Below the pieces are notes generated by a model that did not search any database, had not been told where the DNA came from, and saw nothing but the letters and a program-made list of their open reading frames with translations. Positions 49,179-59,332 of a DNA stretch of 64,000 bases are shown here, piece after piece. The stretch is from assembly GCA_049967475.1 (NCBI GenBank), contig JBMFSQ010000001.1:54600-118599 (forward strand), read 5' to 3'. Source of the stretch: Chthonomonadales bacterium (GTDB taxonomy: Bacteria; Armatimonadota; Chthonomonadetes; Chthonomonadales; CAJBBX01). Numbering within the stretch: position 1 is the stretch's first letter; the number at the start of each line of letters is the position of its first letter. The position numbers were made by a program, and so were the translations under genes.

Positions 49179-51068
49179 GTGGATGCGCCGGTGATAGAGC
49201 CACCACTCCAGGAGAAGCACTCCCAACAGTCCTGCAGCCAGAACGGGACCCAGTTCGTAGCGGATGGCTGCCCGCCTGGCGTGCACAGAGGCGGTGCCGG
49301 CGGAACCAGTGTGGGAAAGCGATGGGAGGACCGGATTTCGGGGGGCCAGGTCTTCCTCGTTATAATCCATGAGGTTGGCTGCAAAGGTGCTCGTGTGCCC
49401 TTGGGGTCCCCGCACGGTGTAGATGCCTGCCTCGTCCGTGTCGTTGAACGCGGCGACACCGCCGGAGGGCGTCTGCAGGATGTGCTGGGTTCCGTCCGGC
49501 TTTGTGACGGTGAGTTGCGAGGCCCCGGCAGGCGCCGGAAGAATTACGGGGGCACCTGTTCGGATTTGGCTTGTATGGTCCTCCGCATGGGCGGTCCACC
49601 TCAGCAGGTTGGACAAGAAGATGGGATAGCTCACCGTAAGTGGGAAGGGGCCATGGGCCAGGTCTAGGGAGAAACCCAGCCAAACGGTTCGAAAGCTTCC
49701 GGTTTCTGCCGCCACAATCACGGATCCGCCTGCGCACGCGGCAATCTCCTGCGCCGAGCCCTGGGGTTGGCCTGCGCTCATGCTGCTCCATCGGATTTGG
49801 GTGAGGTCCACGTATCGAAGGATCGGGTGGGGCATATCGGGTACGATGATCGCTTGATCGCGGACCACGCCGGTGTTGCGGACCGGGGCCCGATCTGCAG
49901 TGCAGTTCACAAATACGTAATTGCCAGGGGGCAGGGTCCTCGGGCAGGCGCCGTCGAACAGAACCACATCGTAGCCCGTGGGCGCTGCAAACTCGGCTAA
50001 CGGCATTTGGCTCAGCTCAACCGACGCATCGGCCTGGATGCCCTCTTCCAGGAATATGTCTCCCCTGCCTACCAGTAGGGCGCGGATCTTCTTCCGAGGC
50101 GGGATAATCAGGTACGCCCTGTTGTCGGCAGCGAGATCATCTTGAACGTCTAGGTTGATGGTTATCTGCAGGGGTGCCGGCGGTTCGGGGATCTGGAACA
50201 CTTCGGATCGCTCCGCATTGGGCGGCAGGCTCACTTCCCGGGCGTCCATCAGGGTGCTTCCGGCCTGTGCTCCCGGGGTAGAGGGCCGGCCGCGGATCTC
50301 CATGGTAAACGTTTGAGGGTGACTGTCGAAGTTGTGCAGAGTGGCCAGAACCTCTACGATGCCCTCTTGAGAAAGGGTCCGCCGATAGTCTGCGGCAACG
50401 ATGCCAATGTTGTGGGAAGCGCGGCCTACGCGGTGGAAGAAGACGTGCGCGTGGCCCAGGTTAACGCCGGTTATTTGCGTGAAGCCGCCGTCCGAAAAGA
50501 TGTGGATCTCTCCTTCGCTTGCGGGTGCGACGACCGCCGCGGCCAAGCCGAGAGCTCCCTTCATATCACAGGATGTAGTGCGGGCGTGGATTTGGGACAC
50601 GGCCTGGGCAAGTTCGCTGCGCCGGTCTGTGAAGCCGGTCAGAGCTTCGGGCCGCGCGCCGGCGGCGATTACCATGCCCAGGTCTTGGGGGGCCATGGAG
50701 GCGACGACGCCTCGAGCGAGGTCCTGGGCTTTGGCCATCCGATCCGGGCGAACATCTGTGGCTTCCATGGATGCAGACGTGTCCAAAATGAGGACAACGC
50801 TTCGCCCGGCGTGGCCGATGCGTCGCACATAGGGCTGAGCGAGTGCCACGGAAAGGATAAGGGCGGCAAGGATTTGCAGGATGAGCAGGATATTCCGGCG
50901 AAGGCGTTGGAACGGAGCATTTGCCTGCACGTCGCGGATTACCCGCTGCCAGAGGAGCGTGGAGGGCACCACTACATCGCGCCGGCGCAATTTCAGCAAG
51001 TACATGGCGATGATGAGGGATGCTGCGGGAAGCAACCATAACATCTTGAGAGGTGCATCCAGACCCAT
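49170..51068 (-). CDS. BatA-like N-terminal plus vWA domain membrane protein
   Basis: MYLLKLRR..VPSTLLW, LILDTSASM (MIDAS), FSDG, LLLEWWL C-terminal TM. Confidence 0.88.
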   Translation of the reverse strand: MGLDAPLKMLWLLPAASLIIAMYLLKLRRRDVVVPSTLLWQRVIRDVQANAPFQRLRRNILLILQILAALILSVALAQPYVRRIGHAGRSVVLILDTSASMEATDVRPDRMAKAQDLARGVVASMAPQDLGMVIAAGARPEALTGFTDRRSELAQAVSQIHARTTSCDMKGALGLAAAVVAPASEGEIHIFSDGGFTQITGVNLGHAHVFFHRVGRASHNIGIVAADYRRTLSQEGIVEVLATLHNFDSHPQTFTMEIRGRPSTPGAQAGSTLMDAREVSLPPNAERSEVFQIPEPPAPLQITINLDVQDDLAADNRAYLIIPPRKKIRALLVGRGDIFLEEGIQADASVELSQMPLAEFAAPTGYDVVLFDGACPRTLPPGNYVFVNCTADRAPVRNTGVVRDQAIIVPDMPHPILRYVDLTQIRWSSMSAGQPQGSAQEIAACAGGSVIVAAETGSFRTVWLGFSLDLAHGPFPLTVSYPIFLSNLLRWTAHAEDHTSQIRTGAPVILPAPAGASQLTVTKPDGTQHILQTPSGGVAAFNDTDEAGIYTVRGPQGHTSTFAANLMDYNEEDLAPRNPVLPSLSHTGSAGTASVHARRAAIRYELGPVLAAGLLGVLLLEWWLYHRRIHLV

Positions 51069-51138
51069 GTGTCTATGACCCTTGTGCCATCCCTTCCTGC
51101 TCAGCCGGTCGGGGGGCAGCACCTAAACGTAATCGTTG

Positions 51139-52074
51139 CTATACTACGATGCCCGTCCTGTGGAGGTGCTTGAGGACGGCCCCTTCGAAGTCGTCCCGCG
51201 AGGAAGCCCGCACGTAGTCGGCGCCTGCGCGCAGTGCGAAGGCTCTGATGCTGCCGCAGAAATCTTCGAGAACGGCCTGGTACCGCTGGATCAGAGCTGG
51301 GGTAACACTCATCTCCTTCGCTTCGCCTGTTTCGCTGTCCAGGATGCGCAGATCACCAACCAGGTCCGGGTGGATCTCTTCAGGAGCGAGTACCTGCACC
51401 AACACGAGCTGGTATCCTCGAGACGATAGGGCTTGGACGCCTTCCTTCCACCCTGCATCCATGAAGTCGGAGAGAAGGATCACGAGCCCCCGGTGCCGAG
51501 TATGGGTTGCGAAGGTGCGCAGATCCTGGGCCAGTGAGGAGCGTCCTGCCGGTGTGACGGCGCTGAGGGTGCGAAAAAACGGGATCACAGCCGCTCTGCC
51601 CCGGCGCGGCGGCAGGCCGGGAAGCGACTTCGCCGGGGTCGTTTCATTTTCTCCGGAGAGGACGGTCAACGAAACGCGGTCATAGTTGGTCATGGCGATG
51701 TAGCCCAGCGCTGCGGCTACTTTGACTGCGAACTGCAATTTGGAGGGGGTGCCGAAACCCATGCTGGCGCTTGCATCGAGCAGGACGGCTACGTACAGGT
51801 CCTCCTCTTCTACGAAGAGCTTTACGAAGAGCTTCTCCAGGCGACCGGCAAGGTTCCAATCCACATACCGCAGGTCATCGCCGAGGTTGTACTCGCGGTA
51901 ATCGGCAAATTCGACGCTGGTGCCTCGATGGACGGAGCGCTTCTCGCCTTTCATCTGCCCAGGAAAGGGTTTGCGTGCGGTGAGGGCGAGACGTTCCAGC
52001 CTTCTTAGGAATGCGGCATCCAGGATCGGTTGGTCCATGGGCGAACGTGTCGTGTCAGGGTTCATCGAGTTCAT
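51139..52074 (-). CDS. DUF58 domain protein
   Basis: GTSVEFADYREYNLGDDLRYVDWN, LDASASM, LLSDF. Confidence 0.93.
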   Translation of the reverse strand: MNSMNPDTTRSPMDQPILDAAFLRRLERLALTARKPFPGQMKGEKRSVHRGTSVEFADYREYNLGDDLRYVDWNLAGRLEKLFVKLFVEEEDLYVAVLLDASASMGFGTPSKLQFAVKVAAALGYIAMTNYDRVSLTVLSGENETTPAKSLPGLPPRRGRAAVIPFFRTLSAVTPAGRSSLAQDLRTFATHTRHRGLVILLSDFMDAGWKEGVQALSSRGYQLVLVQVLAPEEIHPDLVGDLRILDSETGEAKEMSVTPALIQRYQAVLEDFCGSIRAFALRAGADYVRASSRDDFEGAVLKHLHRTGIVV

Positions 52075-53017
52075 CCGGTGCGGAGGGTTTGCGCTGGGCC
52101 GCAGCCCGGGGCGCGCGCTGCAGTCGGGCCTGCTGAAGGCGGTACCAATCTACAACGGTTCTGCCTGCGCCTGCGTGATCCCCGAGCTGTTCTTGTACGT
52201 CGGCGATTTTGGGCAGCACGCGCAACGGATCCTGGCCCATGCGGATGCTGCGACGATACCAGCGCAGCGCCTGATTGAGGTTCCCCGTGAGCATGGCTTG
52301 ATCGCCCTTCCATTCCGTCCAATCACCGGACCAGGGCATCCAGAAGAGGGAGCAGGCGGTGAGTGCCAGCAGCCCTGCCAGAGAGAGAGCGGCCACGATG
52401 CGGCGGCGCCTTGCGATGAAGAGCCATCCGGCTGCGATGCCCAAGAGGAAGCCGCCGGCATGCGCGGCATTCCCAATGGCCATCAGATGGGTAAGGGTTG
52501 CCACGACACAGAGCGCTCCCCAAATCAACAGGTAGTTGAGGTTGGTAGGCGTGGCGATGGCTCGCCAGCGCGGAACCTGACGCCGGCCTGCCCACATCAA
52601 TCCGAACATGGCGTAGTCCACCCCTGATGCTCCTATGGCTGTGTGGCCGGTGAGGGCAAGTTCGCATCCGCCCCCTACTATGCCGGCTGCAACGAAGAAG
52701 AGGAGCCATGCCAGCGGATGCATCGTTTCCTCGAGAGCCGTGCCCAGGGCATACAGCCACAGCAGGTCAAAAGCCAGGTGGATCAGGTTTGCGTGGACGA
52801 ATACAGAGGTGAGGAGAGAGTAATACCGGCCGGACCATACTTCCGGCGGGGGCAAGGCGCTGACACTCCGAAGGGAATGGAGGATCGGCAGGCCTCTTGC
52901 CGGACCCGCCCAATAGGCTGCAGTGAAGAGGACACATAGCCCACAAGCCGCAAGGGTAAGCCAGGGGGCGCGCCGGCGCGGAGGGGTTGCCGAAACGCCG
53001 TGATCAGGGTAGCGCAC
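52055..53017 (-). CDS. Rhomboid family intramembrane serine protease with C-terminal TPR
   Basis: FVHANLIHL, IGASG, AHAGG. Confidence 0.88.
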   Translation of the reverse strand: MRYPDHGVSATPPRRRAPWLTLAACGLCVLFTAAYWAGPARGLPILHSLRSVSALPPPEVWSGRYYSLLTSVFVHANLIHLAFDLLWLYALGTALEETMHPLAWLLFFVAAGIVGGGCELALTGHTAIGASGVDYAMFGLMWAGRRQVPRWRAIATPTNLNYLLIWGALCVVATLTHLMAIGNAAHAGGFLLGIAAGWLFIARRRRIVAALSLAGLLALTACSLFWMPWSGDWTEWKGDQAMLTGNLNQALRWYRRSIRMGQDPLRVLPKIADVQEQLGDHAGAGRTVVDWYRLQQARLQRAPRAAAQRKPSAPDELDEP

Positions 53018-53097
53018 GCTCTACTTCCTCGTATCCCGCAACAGCTTTGGGGTGATGGTGTGGTATTCCGCAGAGAGCAGATGCCTTCCTGCTCATA

Positions 53098-53478
53098 TCA
53101 GCCGGTGTGCGGCCCGTCGGCAGGAGCCGAAACGTCGGAAGGAGCGCCGTATTGAGCGCAGTACGCCTCTTGTAGTTCGCGCATGCGGTTGAGGATCTCG
53201 GTGAAGCGCTGGCCGAAGTTGGTAAGGGTGTAGGTGACCCGTACCGGGGGCTTCTCGCCGTATACGGTCCGCGTTAGGATGCCGTAGCGTATCATTTTGG
53301 CCAGGCGTTGGTTCATGACTTTGGCTGAGAGGCCTGGGCAGGCCCGCAACATAGCGCTCGGCCGGCATTGGCCTTCGCAGATCAGGTCCAGGAGGCGGAG
53401 GGACCATTTGCACCCTACGATCTCCTCCATCATCGTAGCGACAGAAGGCTGCACGGCATTTCGGGAAGGGCGTACCAT
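53098..53478 (-). CDS. HxlR-family winged-helix regulator
   Basis: IVGCKWS, PGLSAKVMNQRL, PPVRVTYTLT. Confidence 0.88.
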   Translation of the reverse strand: MVRPSRNAVQPSVATMMEEIVGCKWSLRLLDLICEGQCRPSAMLRACPGLSAKVMNQRLAKMIRYGILTRTVYGEKPPVRVTYTLTNFGQRFTEILNRMRELQEAYCAQYGAPSDVSAPADGPHTG

Positions 53479-53594
53479 CGAGTAACCCAGTTACCACAAA
53501 GTACAATCTTGCGCATATTGCCCTTCTGCATATACCCTTTTACCGATGCGGTGCGCAAGTGCCGCAGACCCCAAGGATCCAGGAGGACCCAACG

Positions 53595-53831
53595 ATGAAA
53601 GAGAAGGTCACATTCTACCACGCCGGTTGTCCGGTATGTGCGGAAGCGGAACGCAGTATCCTGAATGCGCTCGACCCGTCGCGATTCCAGGTTGAAGTGG
53701 TGCATCTAGGGCAAGCGAAGGACCGCATTGCGGAAGCGGAGCGGCTCGGCGTTAAGTCCGTACCGGCTCTTGTGTTGCAGGACACGGTGTTTCACATCAA
53801 CTACGGGGCGGGATTGGCAGACCTGAAGTAA
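53595..53831 (+). CDS. Small thioredoxin/glutaredoxin-fold protein
   Basis: FYHAGCPVC, GVKSVPALV, FHINYGA; AGGAGG RBS. Confidence 0.85.
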   Translation: MKEKVTFYHAGCPVCAEAERSILNALDPSRFQVEVVHLGQAKDRIAEAERLGVKSVPALVLQDTVFHINYGAGLADLK

Positions 53832-53839
53832 TGCTGCCA

Positions 53840-53875
53840 GGGGAGGGGTTCGTGCTTTTCTGCGTGCCCCTCCCC
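53840..53875. terminator. Hairpin between convergent genes
   Basis: GGGGAGGGG...CCCCTCCCC inverted repeat between the stops at 53831 and 53879. Confidence 0.55.
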
Positions 53876-53878
53876 GTT

Positions 53879-55192
53879 CTACAGTTCGTAGTCCGAAGGC
53901 GGTATCTCGATGCGGCGCTTTTCCCACATGGCCTGGTTCGCCCGCACGGCGGCTACCGTGGCTGCGAGACCCTGCTTCCAGTCACAGGACACCGGGGCAC
54001 CGGTACGGATGCTGTTGAAGAAGTCCTCCATCTCCAACATATAGTCGTCTTTGCCTGCGACGTTGCCTGTGATGATCTTTTCTCCCACCTTTACGCCGGT
54101 TTGGCCAAGCTTCTTGGTGGCCTCAGGATCAAGCACCAGCCCTTTTTGACCACGCTGCCCGGTTACGGCGTGGGCGGCGCTTTTCATCCAGTCCTGCTCT
54201 TGTGCACCAGGCTCCTGGTAAAACTGGCCGCCGGTCTGCTGTGACACGATGAGCGTGCCCTTGGTACCCATGAACTGTTCGTAGAAGCCGTCGTACTGGT
54301 TGGTAGTGAGGGAGGTGTAGTTGAGCTTGCGGCCACCCGGGTACTCGAAGATAACCTCCACGTTGTCAAAGACGGTGCGGTCTTTGTACCAGTCTATACC
54401 GCCCATTCCTACAACGGCTGTGGGATAGGCGCCAAGATACCAGTTGACCACGTGGATTTGGTGGGTTCCCAGTTCGGCCATGAGACCCTGCGAGAGATCT
54501 TTGTAGAGGCGCCAATTCCAGTGGCGGTCGTCCGTGTCCGGCGGTACGGGGCGCCGCCAATTGGAGTTGAGGCCACGGTTCCATTGCGCCCGCACGTGGG
54601 TGACCTTCCCTGCGATCTGGGCCTTGTTGAGCAATTCCCATCCGTGGTTGTACAAGATGCTGGACTTGCGCTGGTGGCCGATTTGAAGGATGCGCTTGTT
54701 GTTGAGAGCAGCGCGCGCCATCTTCTTGGCGTCCTCGATGGAGTAGGCCATCATTTTTTCGCAGAATACGTGCTTGCCCGCCTCCAGGGCGGCGATGGCG
54801 ATGCGGGCGTGCTCGTAGAGCGGCGTAGCGATGAGAACCGCCTCGATGTCCTTCCGATCCATCACTTCGCGGAAGTCCTTGTAGCCCTTCGCTTGAGGCA
54901 CGTCGCGGAGGGCGCGGTTGAGGTTCGGTTCGTAAATGTCGCAGATGGCCAACATGCGCACACCGGGCACGCTGAGGGCGCGTTTGAGGTCGGTGCCATA
55001 ACCTTGGGCTCCCACGCCGATGAAGGCGCAGTTCACCGGCCGCGCTTCCTTCAGTCCTTCCTGCCTTCGCTCTTCGGCCTCGGCTGCCTCGGTGAGCGTG
55101 ATGCCCAGTGTGGCGGCGATTGCTGCACTGCCCTTGAGCAGTTCCCGCCGGGTAATTCCCGATGGGTGAAACGCAATCTCTGGTATGTTCAT
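53879..55192 (-). CDS. Tat-exported Gfo/Idh/MocA oxidoreductase
   Basis: ITRRELLK Tat motif, IGVGAQG, ATPLYEH, HVFCEK, NWRLYKDLSQGLMAELGTH. Confidence 0.9.
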   Translation of the reverse strand: MNIPEIAFHPSGITRRELLKGSAAIAATLGITLTEAAEAEERRQEGLKEARPVNCAFIGVGAQGYGTDLKRALSVPGVRMLAICDIYEPNLNRALRDVPQAKGYKDFREVMDRKDIEAVLIATPLYEHARIAIAALEAGKHVFCEKMMAYSIEDAKKMARAALNNKRILQIGHQRKSSILYNHGWELLNKAQIAGKVTHVRAQWNRGLNSNWRRPVPPDTDDRHWNWRLYKDLSQGLMAELGTHQIHVVNWYLGAYPTAVVGMGGIDWYKDRTVFDNVEVIFEYPGGRKLNYTSLTTNQYDGFYEQFMGTKGTLIVSQQTGGQFYQEPGAQEQDWMKSAAHAVTGQRGQKGLVLDPEATKKLGQTGVKVGEKIITGNVAGKDDYMLEMEDFFNSIRTGAPVSCDWKQGLAATVAAVRANQAMWEKRRIEIPPSDYEL

Positions 55193-55256
55193 GGGAGCAA
55201 CCCTCCTGCGCTCATTCCCGGTTCGGGGAGTGGCGCATCCCGCCGATTTGCAGAGT

Positions 55257-56444
55257 TCAGTCTTGGGGCGGCAGTGCCGCATCGGGCGGACCGGAACGAT
55301 TGGAGCCTGCAGCCGGGATGCAGCCCAAGCGGCTCACGGCGATGCCGTCCCCCTGCTCGGTTACCATTATAACTCCCAAATTCGGATGGAGCCTGCAGAA
55401 TTCCTCCGTGGCGTCCCGCCCCATGACGAAGAAGGCCGTGGAAAGCGCGTCGGCCTCCATGGCTGACGGGGCAATTACCCACACGCTCAACATGCCCTCC
55501 ACAGGCTCTCCCGATCGCGGATCGAGGATGTGGCAGTATCGTTTGCCGTCAATCTCGAGGAATTGCTCGTAACAGCCGGAAGTCGAGATGGCTTGGTCGC
55601 GCAGGCAGACTGTGTCTATGGGGGTGGCGCGATCCCTGGGATCCTTGAGTACGAATTCCCACCCGTCTTCACCCGGCGGCGCGCCGTGGGCGTAGATGGT
55701 GGATTGCCCGCCGTGAAGCAGCGCGGCACCCACACCGTAGAACCTCAGGCGCTCCGCTGCCTCATCCAGCGCGTACCCCTTCCCAACCGCCCCAAGTTCG
55801 ACTTCCATGCCGGGTGACGAGAACCAGATGAGCTGTTCCTCGTCATCGAACACGATGCGATGGGCACCCACGCGGGAGAGCAATTCCTCAATTTCTTTAG
55901 AGGAGGGGACACGGCCCGTGCCCTCGTGGAAGCCCCACGCCTTTACAAGAGGAGCAGCCGTGATATCGAAGGCGCCGTGCGTCTGGGCGCTCAATTCGGC
56001 GCAACGCTTCAAGAGCAAGTAGAGGCGCGGCTCCAGACGCACCCATTGGCGGGAGGCATGGGCATTCATTCGGGCGATGTCGCTGTCCATCCGATAATGG
56101 CTGAGCTGCCGGTCCAGCCGTTCGATTTCGTCCAGGGCTTCATTCGCGGCACCTACAAGGGCTTCGCGGTCATGGCCGGCCAGGTAGATCTCGAAGAGGC
56201 TCCCCATGGCGGCACGAGACACGCGCGGGTACACCCAATCGGGGTCCTGTTCCGGTTCCATAGGGGTTTGTGCGGGCGGCGAGCCGCATTCATCGGGCGA
56301 AGGCGGTGTCGGGAGCCGTTGCGGATCCGCATCGGCTAGGCGCTCTGCCCAACGGGCCAACAGGCGCACTATAAACGTTGAGAGCATTGCAGGTGAAGAC
56401 ACCTCAGCTACGCGTTCGGCAGTGCCGGCGGAGCGTCGCGTCAC
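55257..56444 (-). CDS. apbE: FAD:protein FMN transferase (ApbE)
   Basis: AMGS, GAFDIT, LGAVGKGYALD, STSG, HILDPRSG, ADALSTA. Start uncertain. Confidence 0.9.
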   Translation of the reverse strand: MTRRSAGTAERVAEVSSPAMLSTFIVRLLARWAERLADADPQRLPTPPSPDECGSPPAQTPMEPEQDPDWVYPRVSRAAMGSLFEIYLAGHDREALVGAANEALDEIERLDRQLSHYRMDSDIARMNAHASRQWVRLEPRLYLLLKRCAELSAQTHGAFDITAAPLVKAWGFHEGTGRVPSSKEIEELLSRVGAHRIVFDDEEQLIWFSSPGMEVELGAVGKGYALDEAAERLRFYGVGAALLHGGQSTIYAHGAPPGEDGWEFVLKDPRDRATPIDTVCLRDQAISTSGCYEQFLEIDGKRYCHILDPRSGEPVEGMLSVWVIAPSAMEADALSTAFFVMGRDATEEFCRLHPNLGVIMVTEQGDGIAVSRLGCIPAAGSNRSGPPDAALPPQD

Positions 56445-56581
56445 AAGTATTCTACGGCATTCCTAGGCGCGGGCGCAAGGCAGGGCTGCGGGCAGGATTC
56501 CTGAGGCACGCGCGGTATTGTACCGCAGGGTCCATGGTGTTTGTACTGCAATGGAAACTCAGTGCTGCGAAGGAGACGGCT

Positions 56582-58183
56582 ATGGTCTGCCTGCTGCCTG
56601 TTGTGCTTTCTGCCGTCCGCATTCCCCAGGAGCCGGCTCTTTGGGATCTGGCTCGACGCAATGCCGGCATACTGCGCATCTCAACGCTCTTTGACGCAGG
56701 CACGATGGTTCGGCAACTAAATACGTCTGCCGGTGTGGATCGGGCGATTGCTTGGTGCAAGGATCACGGCATCACCCATGTGTACCTCGAAGCCTATCGG
56801 GATGGCATCACTCCGCCTCGCGAGGTTCTGGAGCGCGCGCGGGATCGTTTCAGGGCGGCAGGTTTCCTCGTATCGGGGTGCGTCACCACCACGGCTTTGG
56901 GCAAGCCCTCCACGGGATGGAGTTCCCTGAGCTGCTATACCGATGCGGGGACGCAGAAGGCGTTGGGTGAGAAATTCCGGTACGCCGCATCTCTGTTCGA
57001 TGAGATCATGATTGACGATTTCCTCTGCACGGACTGCGCCTGCCCGGAATGCGTGGCTGCACGCGGGCAGCAATCGTGGCCGCAGTACCGCTGCGATTTG
57101 ATGCTGAGGTTGAGCCGAACGCGGATCCTCGGCGCAGCGAAGGAGGTGAACCCCAAAGCGCGCATCATCATCAAGTATCCCTGCTGGTATGAGGAATTTC
57201 AGGACCGCGGTTATGACGTGGAGCGCGAGACCGCCATCTACGATGAGATTTGGGTGGGTACGGAGACGCGCGGCGGTACGGCGGATCGCCAATGGCCGGC
57301 TGAACCGCAGTACCGGGCCTACTGGCTGATGCGGTGGCTATTGGGCATTGGGGGAGCCAAATGCGGCGGTGGATGGTACGACACGCTGGGAACCTCCCCT
57401 CCGTACTATTTGGAGCAAGCCCGGCTAACGGTTCTTGGTGGGGCGCGGGAGGCGATGCTGTTCAATTACGCCCTCCTCACCGCAACGCATCCTGGGGTAG
57501 AAGATGGAGCAGCGCTTCGGGAGGAACTGCCCCTGCACTTTCAACTGGCAAGGTTGATCCGCGGGAAAGCTCCCAGGGGATTATTAGGCTGGAAGCCTCC
57601 TTCCAGCCTGCCGGGGCCCGACGGAAACCTCCACTGTCTGCTGGGAATGGCAGGCTTCCCGGTGACGGCTGCTCACGCATTCGCGAGAGATGCGGGCGGG
57701 TATGTCTTCGGATACCACGTGCTGCATGACCCCGGGTGGAAGACAGACCTTCGCCAAGCGTTGGCAACCCGCAAGCCCATCGTTGTGAGCTCGGCCTTCC
57801 TGCGCGCGGCTTCTCAGGAGTTTCCAGATCTCGCCCGAAGGGCGGTGGTTCTTCCCGAGCTTTCCGGCCGCAATCTGTGGCGGGCCATGGATGAGATGCC
57901 CGAAGATCAGCTCAACGCTTTGCGCGACAGAGCCACAGCGTCCCTGGGGATACGCTTCCATGCTCCTAACCGCGTAGCTTTGTTTCTTTTCGGCAGGAAT
58001 GTGGCAGTCGTCGAGAACTTCCGCGACGAACCCGTGCGGTGCTCGCTCCACATCAAGGGCTGGAGTGCCATGACCCCGGTCCTCAGAATGCCTCTCCCAT
58101 CCGGGGAGAGCAAACATGTGATGACAGAGGATGCGCTGGAATTAGGCGCCCGTTCCCTGGTGGTCCTGGTGAAAACGCGCTAG
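56582..58183 (+). CDS. Hypothetical protein, glycoside-hydrolase-like TIM barrel
   Basis: 533-aa ORF with AAGGAG RBS; FDEIMIDDF, CTDCACPEC metal motif, IWVGTETR. Confidence 0.6.
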   Translation: MVCLLPVVLSAVRIPQEPALWDLARRNAGILRISTLFDAGTMVRQLNTSAGVDRAIAWCKDHGITHVYLEAYRDGITPPREVLERARDRFRAAGFLVSGCVTTTALGKPSTGWSSLSCYTDAGTQKALGEKFRYAASLFDEIMIDDFLCTDCACPECVAARGQQSWPQYRCDLMLRLSRTRILGAAKEVNPKARIIIKYPCWYEEFQDRGYDVERETAIYDEIWVGTETRGGTADRQWPAEPQYRAYWLMRWLLGIGGAKCGGGWYDTLGTSPPYYLEQARLTVLGGAREAMLFNYALLTATHPGVEDGAALREELPLHFQLARLIRGKAPRGLLGWKPPSSLPGPDGNLHCLLGMAGFPVTAAHAFARDAGGYVFGYHVLHDPGWKTDLRQALATRKPIVVSSAFLRAASQEFPDLARRAVVLPELSGRNLWRAMDEMPEDQLNALRDRATASLGIRFHAPNRVALFLFGRNVAVVENFRDEPVRCSLHIKGWSAMTPVLRMPLPSGESKHVMTEDALELGARSLVVLVKTR

Positions 58184-58199
58184 CGGCCGAGGTGGATGT

Positions 58200-59240
58200 A
58201 TGAGTATGCCCATCGGTCTTGCGGCGATGCATCTGGAGTTGGCGGACCGCATCGCTCATACGGAATATTGCAGCAACCACGCCCTGGTCCGGGCCGTAAC
58301 GGGATTGGACCCCCGCACGGACGCCCGGGCGTGGCGCGCGTTTTACGATGCGTGGGAGTACGACCTGCTTTGGGTTACGAATGACGGTCCCCTCGGGTTT
58401 GGCGCTCGCGGTAGAACCACCGACATGGGCCATGCCGAGTTCCTGGAAGACCGGCTTGATTGGCGACCCACCGTGCACTGCCCCTTCAGGAGCGTAGAGG
58501 AGGTATGGGCTTTCGATGCGGTAGAGGAGTACGGACTGGAGCCCATGGAGGATCTTGTTGCCTACTACGAAGGGCTTTATCGCCGGGAGCAGGCCGCATA
58601 TCCTCACCAAATCTATACCGGCGGATACTACAACACCATCATCTCCGGTGCAATCCAGGCTTTTGGCTGGGAGATGCTCTTATTGGCTGCGGCGGACCAG
58701 CAGCGGATGGAGCGGGTGTTGGACTCCATCTTCCAGGTGACGCTGCACCACGTGCGGGCGTGGGCGCGCACATCCATCAAGGTCTTTATCCAACACGACG
58801 ACATTGTGTGGTCTGCCGGCCCATTCGTGCACCCGGCTTTCTACCGCCGCGTTCTCTTTCCGCGGTATCAGAAGCTGTGGGAGATCCTGCACGAGGCGGG
58901 CAAGATCGTGCTCTTCTGTTCCGACGGCACCTTCACGGAATTCGTGGACGACTTATTTGCAGCCGGTGCCGACGGCCTGATCTTTGAGCCCACCACGAAC
59001 CTCGATTATATTGCCGGCACGTATGGCGCCAGCAAGGTGATTGTGGGCAGCAAGGTAGACTGCCGCACCCTCACGTTCGGAAAGCCTGCAGATATTCGGC
59101 ACGAGATTGACGAGACGCTGGAGGTGGCAAAAAGATGCCCGGGCTTCGTATTCGCCGTTGGGAACCACATCCCCAGCAACGTTCCCCTAGATAATGCCCT
59201 TTTCTACTTTGACTATCTACGTTCGCACTGGGCCCGGTGA
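58200..59240 (+). CDS. Uroporphyrinogen decarboxylase/methyltransferase superfamily protein
   Basis: QHDDI, FPRYQKL, FCSDG, FVFAVGNHIPSNVP. Confidence 0.78.
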   Translation: MSMPIGLAAMHLELADRIAHTEYCSNHALVRAVTGLDPRTDARAWRAFYDAWEYDLLWVTNDGPLGFGARGRTTDMGHAEFLEDRLDWRPTVHCPFRSVEEVWAFDAVEEYGLEPMEDLVAYYEGLYRREQAAYPHQIYTGGYYNTIISGAIQAFGWEMLLLAAADQQRMERVLDSIFQVTLHHVRAWARTSIKVFIQHDDIVWSAGPFVHPAFYRRVLFPRYQKLWEILHEAGKIVLFCSDGTFTEFVDDLFAAGADGLIFEPTTNLDYIAGTYGASKVIVGSKVDCRTLTFGKPADIRHEIDETLEVAKRCPGFVFAVGNHIPSNVPLDNALFYFDYLRSHWAR

Positions 59241-59253
59241 CGCGATGCTCCGG

Positions 59254-59283
59254 TTGACGGGGGCCATTCCCATAATCTATACT
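59254..59283 (+). promoter_or_regulatory. Putative promoter of the Lrp-aminotransferase operon
   Basis: TTGACG-N18-TATACT. Confidence 0.6.
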
Positions 59284-59332
59284 GAGATCGTGGGAAGGGT
59301 TCGCTAGCCCTAATTAGGGGAACGGACGGACG

